From Paragordius varius (Eukaryota > Animalia > Nematomorpha), in the NCBI GenBank assembly GCA_964247055.1, contig OZ176053.1, positions 9,486,001 through 9,550,000 of the forward strand: DNA of 64,000 nucleotides, in the 5' to 3' direction. Below, one piece after another: positions 11,993 through 24,000 of the stretch (its first letter is position 1; each line of letters begins with the position of its first letter). Below the pieces are notes generated by a model. The model was not told the origin of the DNA, ran no database searches, and saw only the letters and a program-made list of their open reading frames with translations. A program made the position numbers and the translations under genes.

Positions 11993-13080
11993 TTAATTAA
12001 AGATATTTAACAATATCTTTTTATATTTTTTGGTTTTGAAACTTTTATCCATGATGAATTTATTGTTCTTATTATAAACATCATTATTTGTTAAACTATA
12101 CATTTTATTCAAAACGGATTTATAATTTAAAATGTAATCCATTTTTGTGTTTAATGGTTGTAATAGGGTGGAAATATTATTAAAGCGTAAGGGATCATTA
12201 ATTTTTATTGGTTGTTTTTTAATAACCTTTGGTATTTTAATAATATTTAGCAAAGTAGATATATCATTATCGCCAAAGATACGATTTCTATTCAAGACTT
12301 GTTGGTGATAATCAACACATGAATTAATATACATCTTTGAAGTTATATTACTTATTAATTCATAAAAATTAGATATGATGTTATTATTAATCCAAAATGG
12401 ATTTTCTATTCGGTAACCAATAAGCTGGGGAATACTTTGTGAGGTTGCCAGGAAAATAGTGTTAATCACTTTATCTCCAATCAGGCCGTGTTTAGTTGGG
12501 AAGTTATAAGATACATTAAATATATTCCCATTGAATTCTAAAATGCCAATATGCATATATTTTTTATATATTTTTGAAAAAATGCTTTATAGGCTTATAA
12601 TTATAATGTATAGATAAGGTAAGATTTGCCCAAAGGTAGTCCATACTTGAGTTATTATATAAAGAAAATAAAATAACACTGAAAAAACTAATATAATCGA
12701 AGAAAGAATGAACTTGTTATTTGCATACAACTCACAATCCTTATGCTAAACAAAAACATGTTATATAATTTCAACCACGGATCGCACCAAAAAATAAATG
12801 TTTAAATCATAGAATGGTTAAAGACTTCAGGATTATATATAAAAATAACAGAAAGAAAATTATCATCATACTGGTATTAGCCAATAAAATCACAATTCCA
12901 CCATACTTTAGGTCGAGAAAAACGCTACTAACTATATTTGTTGGATTCTGTCATAATGAGAATCCTTAACGCAAAATATCACTGATTAAGATTTTATGTT
13001 TTTGAACAGGTCCAATTAAAAAATTTACACTGGATTGGAATGAAATCAACTTGCCATTATTTGCTAAAAGACCATAGTGT
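11993..13080 (-). pseudogene. Frameshifted intronless membrane-protein gene remnant, possibly a divergent ionotropic-receptor-like gene (locus A); includes the 187-aa ORF
   Basis: 187-aa ORF 11993-12556 preceded by hydrophobic segments in shifting frames (VFLDLKYGGIVILLANTSMMIIFFLLFLY; KFILSSIILVFSVLFYFLY; LYNNSSMDYLWANLT); motifs GYRI and PLRFNNI. Family assignment is weak. Confidence 0.3.
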
Positions 13081-13105
13081 TTATTTTAAATATTATACTG
13101 TTTAA

Positions 13106-13260
13106 TGGTTGCTTATTTCACACTACAGTAGGGTAATTTGCAACACAGTAGTGTATAAAAAAAACAACAAAGTGTTGAACAAACAATTATTTCCTTACTT
13201 TTTTCTATACACTCCTGTGCTGCAAATTGCTGCCCTACTAAAGTGTGAAATAAGCAACCA
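13106..13260. mobile_element. 155-bp hairpin MITE with about 55-bp TIRs, TTAA on both sides
   Basis: Left TGGTTGCTTATTTCACACTACAGTAGGGTAATTTGCAACACAG... pairs with right ...CTGTGCTGCAAATTGCTGCCCTACTAAAGTGTGAAATAAGCAACCA; TTAA at 13102-13105 and 13261-13264. Confidence 0.8.
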
Positions 13261-13311
13261 TTAAATGCATACTGTATATATATAATATATATAGGTCTAG
13301 TGATAAGGTTC

Positions 13312-16018
13312 CAGGGCTTGGAACCGGAACCCAGTTCCTGTGATTTTAACAAGAACCGGTTCCATTGGGATGGAACCAACACAGTTTCGGTTCCACTTCC
13401 CCGGGAACCACCCCTGTACCAATTCCAAAATTTAAGGAACCGCCCCGGTTCTATCTATTAATTTTTAGGAACCAACCCGGTTCCGGTTCCACCCCCTTAG
13501 TTAGTGGTTTCAATATGATTTTTATTAAAAAAAATTATTTTATTATTTAAATTTGGTACCACTACATATTACATACTTAAAATAAAATCTAAAACTAAGC
13601 GCCTAATTTTATATTAGCGGTACTCTCTAAAATTTGGGGCGATTCGGCTGTTCTATAAAACTAATAGTCATAATATATGTTACAACGGACAGGATACTTT
13701 TTGTTTTTCGACACAACTTACTAACTCTCTTACATTCAATTTTAGGGAAATAAAGAATGATAAACAACAAAAAACTTATTTTAAAAACATATTTTGATAT
13801 TACCACCGATGATAGCACATGCCGAACCTGTCAAACAATTTAAGAAACTCACAACTCCAATCTAGTCAAACATTTACGTACCCTGGTTCAATCTTTCCAA
13901 AATTTTACTCTGATTTTAAGTATTTAATTATTATCTAATTTTAGATCTGGTTCTAGTTCAACAAAAATTAGAATAGAAAAATTCTTAACAAACCAAATGA
14001 TAACTTTTTCCTACTCAATAGAGATGTGACGCTTTAATAGAGCTTGTTACGACATATAGACCTTTCTTATTTTAGAGAATTCAGGAATGAAGATGATTAT
14101 TGGACCAATAAGCGCTTAATTATTATGTAAACAAAATCACTACGGATATTAATATTGGAGAGACACTTGGAAGCTAAAAAAAATTAAAAAAATTTTTGAG
14201 AGATAAACTTTTATGCTTAAAGCTTGATAGTAAAAAACATCACCGGTTCATTTGGGTATATGTTTTATAATTTTTTAGGGTGTTAATATCCAAGTGATAT
14301 ATAAAGATTCAATACTTATAATTCATTTATCCATGGAAGAAGTAACCGATCTTACCAGTAATGGTTTAAGAGAAAAATTAATACGGTTTAAGATTTTGAT
14401 ATTTCTCTGGAGCAGGTGTACACGGTTACTAGTATTAACTCCAGTATGGAACAGACTAATTTGGATGAGATTATATAGAATATAAAAATTATGATGTTAG
14501 TATGGAATACCCGTTTTTAAAGAGGCAAACGAAGTACTTTTACTAAATTAACTCGAGAATAGCTATTTTATTCTCCTTTAAATATTAAATATGTGGTAAA
14601 AAACATAATGTGTTATGTATAAAGTATAAACTAGATATTTCACGTTAAGTGTGCGGCTCCCACTTTGAAATTAGCGGTAAATGATTTTCTGAAATCCTAG
14701 CAGGATATCATAGATCAGATGCGCGAGATTGCAAAGACTTTGCGGCCATCTTACATGGAGTCTATAAAAGAATTGGGCTTACCCAATGAAAAAATAGATG
14801 TGCCTACTATATACAATTCCAATATCAATGATGGAATGGCTGGGTATTATGATAAATTATATATTTTAGTAAAAATTAGGTCCAGCATGCCTAATTTGAA
14901 TGCTTTAACTCCATTGAGGATTGAAGCGCAATTAAAAAATTAATCTCATACTGACTCCCAGCAAACATGCAACCGATTCTTTGCAGCGGGAGCAATTGGT
15001 GTTGTCAGATTTTTATGGTATCAAACACCTAATTTTTGAGATCAAAAGAAGAGAGGTTATTTTTTCATATATTATACCATTATTATCCTGTGTTTTAAAG
15101 AGGGAAGAACAATTGAAAAATTTTGTTGTTTACGCAGCTGTGTATTTAGATTCAAGGTTTGAAAATCAACTGGCTTTTGTGGTAAAAAAACATCGCTCGC
15201 CAACATATATTTATGTTACACAAAAGAATAACTAAAGGAGACACTATCATTGTGGAGAATGATGATACAACGGATAAATTCGAAAACTATCTCCGTCAGA
15301 TAATCTCACAAATAATAATTTCGATTAAATTAAAAAAACAGCCTAATATCCCATCAGCCAATGTAATGGAACATTGGAAAAGTGTGGAAACAACTCACCT
15401 TGATTTATATAAGTTGGCCGCACCTGCTACTCAATCTTATTTATAATACATATGTTCGTATGCATAGGTCTCCGTTGAAAAGGGTTTTCCACCCTTAATT
15501 TTATATTTTACCTGAGAAGCAGTTTGACCAACGCTTGGTGCAATAATTTTTTAAAGTTAAATATAAATTTTAGATGTCATACTTAATTTAAACACTCATT
15601 ACCTTTGTACTTATACATTTCCCTATTATATTTTTATAATTTGGTTCATTTATTATGCTACACATTTGGCAATTTAAAATAAATTGTTTGATTTATAATT
15701 ATTAATATTTTGGTTGTGTTATAATATTTTGTAAGAAAGAAAATCATTTAATCAAATGTCAGGAACCGAAAATGTAACCGGTGCTAAATGTAAAGAACGG
15801 TTCCGAAACCGCTAAATTTCTAAGAACCAACGCGGTCCCAGTTCTATTTGTTCAGGAACCACCTGGTTCCGGTTTCAAAATTTCAACCACCCGGTTCTAT
15901 TCTTTAATTCTTAAGAACCAACTCGGTTCAGGTTCCACTAGTTGAACCAAATCGGTTCCGCCACTAGTCTAACCGACTCGGTTCCGGTTCCACTTTTTTA
16001 AACCGATTTAAAGTCCTA
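13312..16018 (+). mobile_element. Decayed hAT (Ac-like) DNA transposon
   Basis: BED finger remnant YFDITTDDSTCRTCQTI*ETHNSNLVKHLR (about 13790-13880); HVKCAAPTLKLAVND (14641); dimerisation-domain remnant EHWKSVETTHLDLYKLAAPATQ...VSVE (15370-15480); clusters of GAACCG/CGGTTC subterminal repeats at both ends; ends CAGGGCTT / AAGTCCTA. No matching TSD found. Confidence 0.8.
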
Positions 16019-16069
16019 ATATTTACTAGTATTATACCTAATTTTGAAAGGAAATAAACTATTTACATC

Positions 16070-17150
16070 ATTCAAAATATGTATATCGACTTCTACACAT
16101 TTCGCCCATCTTTTAAGCAACATAAGAGGCGGAACCAGAAAAACAGATTTTCATTTGTAGAAAATCATTCGTTAAGCCATTTTCCAACGTCTTCCGAATT
16201 TTTGCTACTTTGCGATAAAAGACGCCCCATTGATGCGATGTTGTATCAGTCAGATGGCGCCAGGTCAGTGCGGCCGATGCAAGAATTTTCTATCTAAGAA
16301 ATTACATGGGGTTTTCACTGATTGCTGTTTGAGACGAAGCATTGTCACGTAAAATCACTTTGGCATCTCTTCTGGCCTATTCGTTTGTCGATTAATGCTT
16401 AGTTTAACTTAATTTTTTGGCAATGGAATCAAAGGTTTGAATGAGTGAGTTTTTAATGTTCATAATACACAATATCTGGTTTCATCAGACACAGAGCACT
16501 GTCTTCTTGCTGAAGCAATTTGGCTTTGGTGTTGATGAACCGGCGTGGCAGGGTGAAAGCCCTTTTCGCTCTGGATATACAAAATAAGGCCATTTTTCAA
16601 CACCCATCTCAATTGGATGCAAAAGCAATTTCTTTTCGTAATGCTAAAGCAGGATTACACAAGTCACTATGCGATTTTCGATTTGACGTTAATTCGAATT
16701 GTGTGAGACCCATTTACCGGGTGTATTGTTCCTTCCCATTGGTCCTAGACATCGATTGATTATTTTTTGTGCTACGCGTAATGCTTCTGCCAATGTTAAG
16801 TTTGATTAGGTCTAATAACTCTTGCTCTTTAGCGTCTTTTCAGTTAAGTTGCCTGTTAAAGCGCTCAATTGGAATTACAGCTTTCAATATTTCAAAAGGT
16901 TTTACATATGTAAATATGACATGTTCACCATATGTTTCCAGTACGAACTCTCAAGAGCTTTTTTCTTCTGATTATGCGTGCCGCAAACTTTCCTTTTTAG
17001 CACAAAAATTCAACATGATTGCTGATTAATAAAAAGAAGACGTTAGCTTTTGGCTAACTCAAATTCTATGTTTGTTGTTAAATGTCAGAACAAAATGAGG
17101 TCTGTATACCAAATTAATCGTCTGTGCACTTTTTGAGGACATCTTCCCTC
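16070..17150 (-). mobile_element. Decayed mariner transposase
   Basis: Minus-strand fragments MLNFCAKKESLRHA (ATG at 17016), VLETYGEH, LAEALRV...MG...GKWVSH, STPKPNCFSKKTVLCV**, KVILRDNA, DLAPSD, RWAKCVEVD; many stops and frameshifts. Confidence 0.82.
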
Positions 17151-17806
17151 ACTCGACCAGTTATAACTTATGACAACACCTTTTATAAATTTGCCCAATG
17201 TCTTGACTTCGAAACATTTTATTACATAAAAAAGGAATTTTTCAGATATGCTACACAGCGGTAGAGTATATAACAAAATACCCAAAATTATAACTAAGAT
17301 AATTTCCTACACATTTCGGTAAAGAAAAAACTTTTGATTGTATGATTTAGGGTTTTTGTCCGAAAGCCCGTTGTTCATATATATATATAGAGCACCCTAA
17401 CTATCTGACGGTTGTGATATGTGATTCATATATTAAAATTAATCATTTTCTTTTATATAAGGGAGCTCTTGCATAAGGTATCAATTATTCTGTTTTCGAA
17501 TTTTATTAGTTTATATAAAGTATGAATCCCAGATAATTACAGTAAAAATTTAAATTATATAGACAAAATGTAAAAACCAAAAGACGAATATTATTGTCGA
17601 TAGATAACCTCTTTTTCCCTCATCTCTAACATAAACTATATTATTACAATTTTTCATTATTTAATTGACTGTGTTATCATTAAATCACTATTTATACTTT
17701 GCAGTTCAAAGCAATGAAGTAAATTAAAAATATCAAGTTTACATTAGCGGTCTTTTAAAAAATTGTCATTGTTTTTACATTTTGTCTGTATAATCAATTT
17801 TTATTA

Positions 17807-19368
17807 TCAATTTTTAGAGATATTATTTGTAATATTACCAAATGTCAACGGAATCAGAATGTCAATCGGACCCAATTTATCGTTAAAAGGCACCAAATAA
17901 TATTTTCTATATGATATATTACCAGTAAACATCATTTTATATTTAATGTTATATAAAAATAATTTATAATGGTAAAAATAGTTGATAATTGCATTGTACA
18001 TATTACTTACAAATTTAACTTTGCTATATTACAAAAAATATCATCATTTAGATGTATTGTTTTAAGTTGTCTCATTAAAAATATTTTACAAGGCTAATTT
18101 GTGCACATATAACGAAAAATATTTTAATGGCAGCCTAAAACCAAAAATGTTATATTTTTGTATAATAATAATTTCATATTTTAAATATGCAAATTTGCTT
18201 TGACTTTAAACATGGTTATATTGGGGAATTTACGGAAAATATATTATGGGCCATTTATGCTGATAGGAGAAAAAATCATACTTGTTTGTATACTATATAG
18301 AACATTAATTTTTTCCATATTTACAAATTATAAAATAAATAGCCAATCAAATTTGTCATTACTCTATAAAACATAGAAACACAGACATTGTATGGAATTA
18401 AAGCACCAATTATTTGTATAATTTAATCATTTGAATGTGAAAACTCAATATTACATAACATATTGAGTCAATTTTTGCAATCCGCTCTGTATATTTTGAA
18501 AGGAATGTTTTGCTCATAGTGGATGGGCTTGCATTGGGTTCATATATATAAATAAATAAATGCAAAGATTTGAATTCCACCATATATTAGTATAATTATT
18601 ATATTGGCTATAATTTTTAAAATTTGAAGAAATAATTTTCATATTCGTTAAATAATATTGATAGACTATATAATTTAAACCTATTATATCTGAATAATTT
18701 TAAAATTTTTGAAAAGCGTATTTGGGCACTTTGGTAATGTTGGCATTTAAACTTATCGGGAAAAATTCCGTAAGAATATATAGATTTAAGATAAATTAAG
18801 CTAACTTGTAGATTTTTTTTTTCAAAATTTACTTAAGCTTATTTGCTGTTATAACATAAATCTTCGAACTAAGCCATTAAATCATTTTAAAGTAATACCA
18901 GTGTAAGGGGCACAAACATTTAGTTTTAACTTAATATTACATTGATTTATCCAAACCGTTTTTGATTATTGGAAATTTGGACAACTTTCCATACATTACC
19001 AACCTAGCGTGAATTATATTATAGTACCTTAGTATTTGAATCAGGCATCTCTAGATTATTTTTAAAGTATGGCTTACTTAATAAGATATGACCTAAGAAC
19101 CGATTTCATATATTATAATGCATAAGATATATAGCGATAAAATTGATTATATTTTATTAAGATAGTTTGAGTCATTGAATGTTACATTTAATACAGTATT
19201 TATAAGGCGATAGTTTACATTAACATTCATATTAAAATACAAAAATTTAAATTTTATTATAATATCTTTAGACTTTTCATTCATTTCAGTTCCTCGATTT
19301 AAATTGGGGTCTTTGGAGAACCCAGATGTGTTTATAATCAAACATAATACAAATTGAAACCATTGCAA
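17807..19368 (-). pseudogene. Second decayed membrane-protein gene remnant (locus B), apparently paralogous to locus A
   Basis: Same-order motifs TATGGTGGAATT (YGGI or WWN), IIGALI, LYSIQTSM, FGFRLP, PLTFGNI; no continuous ORF. Confidence 0.22.
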
Positions 19369-19439
19369 AAGTTAGCACTTATATAGTATTATGCACCGAA
19401 TAAATAAAGATTTATTGTAATTTGAACTTATTTATTTAA

Positions 19440-19786
19440 CCCTTGTATAAAAATTTAAACAATGAGTGCATTTAGCTGAATATATAAATAATGCAAAATG
19501 AACCACCTTTTCTGCTTATATCAATGTTAAATGCCATAAATAAAAAAAGTTCTAATTTTATCGTTTTAAAATAAAGACCATACTTTGCAAAAATGTTGTA
19601 AAATAAAAATGAAGTCGAAGTAGCTTAATATGGAACATTTTCAAGACTAAATTTTATATAAATATTTTGGCTTATTAAATTATTAGAAGAGAGGCATAAA
19701 TTTAAGTTAAAACCGTTTCTTTCAGTCGTTTTTTATAAATAAAACTTTAATATAGTCTGGAATAACTAGAAACCCCAATTGAAGTG
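19440..19786. mobile_element. piggyBac-like MITE (short copy)
   Basis: TTAA|CCCTTG...CCCCAATTGAAGTG|TTAA; internal tgttgtaaaataaaaa..g...aagtag.tt.atatggaac shared with 9042-9541. Confidence 0.55.
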
Positions 19787-21013
19787 TTAAGAATCCATGC
19801 ATGGATATACCCTTTGACGATTTATTCAAAAGGCTACATATAATTGTTTGTATATAAAAATTTTGATTTATTTTATTTATTTTATATTTTAACCGACTTT
19901 CGCAAAAATGGCGGCACATTTTCTATTTTTAATATATTTAGTATCACGATAGAGAATTAGCATTTCATTTCATAATCTATGGCTGCTATAATAAATTGTT
20001 TTGCTGAAGTCTACCCTATAGAAAGGTTTAAATATAATTATAGAATAAATTATCGGCTTTTATCCCCAAAATTACGTAAAAAGCCGAAATTCCCACGCTT
20101 GATTTTTAGGATTTATTTTTGCATTTTACGTAGGAGTATTAAATAAAAACAGACAATTCCAAACATTTTAGTTTCGTTGATGCTTTTGTGGACTTATTTA
20201 TGATGGACTGTCAGAATTTAAAAACAATTTGCAGTCCAACGCCCAATAGGAGAAAATAAAACTGCGTGAGCAGTTGATCATCAGCATTTGTTTATAACAT
20301 TGTTAAAAGAGCAAATATTTAAGAGTTATTAAAAATTAATCCTCTTCATTTCTCTATAAAAATATTTAAAGCTTTGTTAAAATCGCAAAAAGTTTAATAT
20401 AAATTTAATTTTATGTTAATTTTTAGTTTCTTAAATATTGTTTGGGTTTGAACGTTATCTTATTAGAATTTTTATTCTAAAATATTTTAACCAAACATCC
20501 CAAAATTTAAAACCCTTAATAATGGTTTTTTTTTCAAAAACAAGTGTAAGATTATATTTTGTTGATAAAAAGTATTGCAAATACAAATAAATGTTTTAAC
20601 ATTTTTTCTTGATGTGTATGGATGGCTAAAAACTTTTACCAACCTTTTTTAATAATTACATTCAAAAAATTTAATTGGATATATATAATAATAATTCAGA
20701 TTTACATTTTTTACGAAACCTTATCTGATAATTTTGAAAGAGAATTAGCTTAACCCCAAGAACAATTTATTCCAAAAATTATTTAGGATATACTTTGAGT
20801 AGTTGTAAATTATTTTTAATTATTTTGGCCTAATTGAATACCGTTAATTATAATTTAAAAAATTAAACTTTTTAATATCTATACATCCAATCTGCTTATC
20901 TAGATTTTAAATTTGTAATATATTATTAGGTAAAAAACTTATATTGCTCATTATTTTCATAACTAACGGGCCCAGATGGTTAAAATTATAGGATTTATCT
21001 CATTTTCTAAATT

Positions 21014-24000
21014 ATGAAGTTCGTAGCGCTGTTTTTAATTTTATGGTACCCTGTTTTTGGAATCAAATTCAACCCTAGATGTGCAATAGGTAGATAAACC
21101 GACGATAATTTTTAGATGAACACAAGGAACCTAGATCATTAAAATATCGAGCGTCTTCTATTTGCCATCAACCACGTCATTTTTATGGACAAAATATTCG
21201 TAAACGTAAACGTTAACATTTTATAATTGCAAAACAGCTTAAATATACATATATATATATATATATTATGGTCATTTTTAGGGTGTAAGTGTAAATAAGG
21301 ACTTAATATATGTATAAAGGACCCAAAGGCTTACATTCGACTTACGGCTGATAGTGATGATAAAAAATTGGTCAACTAAGGGTTTAAACCATATCCACAT
21401 AAAGCATAAGTTGGACATAACCTTTCTATCACCACGCTTTTACGATCTAATTAATATTAGCCATAGAGCAAATAAAGCTGTCAACCATAATTTTCAAAAT
21501 ATCTTTTCAAAAATTGTTTGCCATACATTATCGAATGGATTATATATAAGTTATTCCTAAAAAAATATAATCTTTTTGTTAAAACATAGTCTTGCTATAT
21601 ATTATTAATTAATAACTTTAAAAATAAAATGATATATTTTATAGACATCAAAGTATGCAAACCTCTTGCGATTCATGGGTCGACTGCAAACCTGCGATTA
21701 TCAAGTAATAAACCATAATTTTTTACCTTTTCAAATATTTATTTGCTGTTTAGATGTTGGTGGAATAATAGCAGGTTATGTCTCTTACTGGGGTCAATAT
21801 AACTTAGACATATCCGCTATACAGGGAGAGCTTTTGACTCATTTAATTTATGCGTTTGTTCCGATTGCCGAAGATGGCACAATTAGGATAGAGTATCCAG
21901 GTAACAATGCATAAATCTTTTTAACAGTTATTTTAGGTAAGTACTTGGTTAAACATTTGGCATCTTAATTATGTATAATTTAAATAGGATGTGAAGCTAT
22001 TAATTAATTAAAAGTGTGTTATTAAATAGAGGATTTCGTTAAACTACAAACATTGTCGCAAAAATATCCACACCTTAAAATCTTGCCAAGTGTCGGAGGA
22101 GCAACTTGGACCTGGCAATTCCAGTATTAATTATGAAACCTATTTAGATATTTAAACGATGAAAATATGATAGCATTTGCCAACAGCGCTAAAGACATTT
22201 TAGACACATATGGTTTGCACGGTATCGATATTGATTGGGAATATCCATTCGAAAACGAGGCCTCAAAATATGCGAATCTTTTAAGGGTAATAAAAATTTA
22301 TGTTAAACAATGTATGATGTGGAACTTTATGATTATTAAAAAAATTAGACTTTGCGAGATGCGTTAGGTAATGAAAAACTTATAATGTCCGCAGTCCCAG
22401 CTGGTTATCAAAACTTTGGAGGATTCGATGCAAACGCTATGAACACGTATAATTATATATAATCCAATTAAAGCGTTTGTCAAATAATCCCTTTTCGTAA
22501 ATGATATACCAATGATAAAATAAAAACATGAGACAATAATCATTGTAACATCACAGTAGTCAAAAACAGTGTTATTTTAAGAAATTAATTGAAAAACACC
22601 CAACTTATTTTTTTACTCCTTATACAATTGGTTTAAATGGATATTCTTTATCAAATAAACAGGGATCGTTTTGTAAGAGAATAAAGTTAATGACGATTTT
22701 CAGGTAGTATGAGGAAAAACCTGAATATGCGGCAGATTAGTGATAAACCAAATATTACTCATATTAATGCGATGGTGTCCAAGATCACTTCCTTCTCCAT
22801 TTTCAGTTCATCAATAAAACTCGGCGAACCGCATCGAAAAAATCTCACAAATAAATATCAATAAAATTAATATTATATTTCAATCATGGGACTGAGAAAA
22901 ATTAGGGCCGCAATATATCTTCTAATTATTTTAATTTTTGTTTATTGCTGTGGCATCATTTGGAAGGATACATTCAGATTTGCTTAATTTTTACAAATAT
23001 GGAATAAGTTTATCTGCAACAAAAAATTTGACTCAACTCTTATCTATACAGTTTTTGTATGAATAATAATTTTTACCTTAAATTTCATGACCTTTTATCG
23101 TAGTTTTAAAATATGCCTTCTTTAGCCATTTATGCGCATACATTTTTTCAAAAAAAGTAAAATTGTAAAAAAATCCTCATCTCCAAACTTCACTGCCAAT
23201 TTTTTAAATTATAAATTACGAGCTTTTTGATATTTATGGATTTTTACAGCTGTTCGTTTATATTGTGTTTTAAAGCTATCTAAATTCCAGACTCTGTAAA
23301 AATTCCATTTTTTTATATAATGACAAAACCAAACGAACTTTTAAAACAGTAGTTTATTTACTACTTTAAGCTCTCGGGCGGAAAACAACCCCAAAATGTC
23401 ACGTACAAAAAAGTGAAAATGTAATAGTGTAAAAGAACTTATAGTACTTTACTTTACGAAATCCAATTTAAGGGTTATATGTAGCATATAAAAATACTTT
23501 ACTCCCAATAACCCTTTACCGATTTATGGTGTTAGTCAATAGATAAAATTCTATATCAGGTTGGCCAGCCTTTTTTTGCCGCGGGCTATTTTTTGGGAGA
23601 AAATTTCACTCGGGCACGTATGAATATCAAGTATTTAAAGATTTAGTTATCACTTTAAAACAAATATATATAATATATCTCTCCTTACCGATTGGAGTGA
23701 CTAACACAGGTTATTTTAAAATTATGACAAAAAATAACTATTTTTGAAGAGTTATTTTTATTTAGGATCTTACTTAATTTTATCAAATTATATAATAATG
23801 ATTCGGAAGACCTCTGGTTGCTACAATCAGTTTACAAATACTAAAACATTTACTTTATTAAATTTATTAAATATACAATGGATATAATTAACTGTACATC
23901 TTGGGACGGATTTTAGATGATTGAAGTAAAAAATGGATTTGTATCTCTTGCAAACATCATTATAATTTACCAAATTTAATGGATTACTGCGTACCAGATT

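Noticed and set aside
13320-13500. GAACCG/CGGTTC repeat clusters here and at 15760-16000 resembling CRISPR or regulatory arrays
   Set aside because: There are no constant-length repeats or spacers, and the clusters flank a hAT transposase remnant, so they are subterminal transposase-binding repeats.
18990-19080. Candidate 24-nt and 27-nt GT-AG segments that might be further micro-introns
   Set aside because: No splice combination gave a long open frame; short GT-AG pairs arise by chance in AT-rich DNA.
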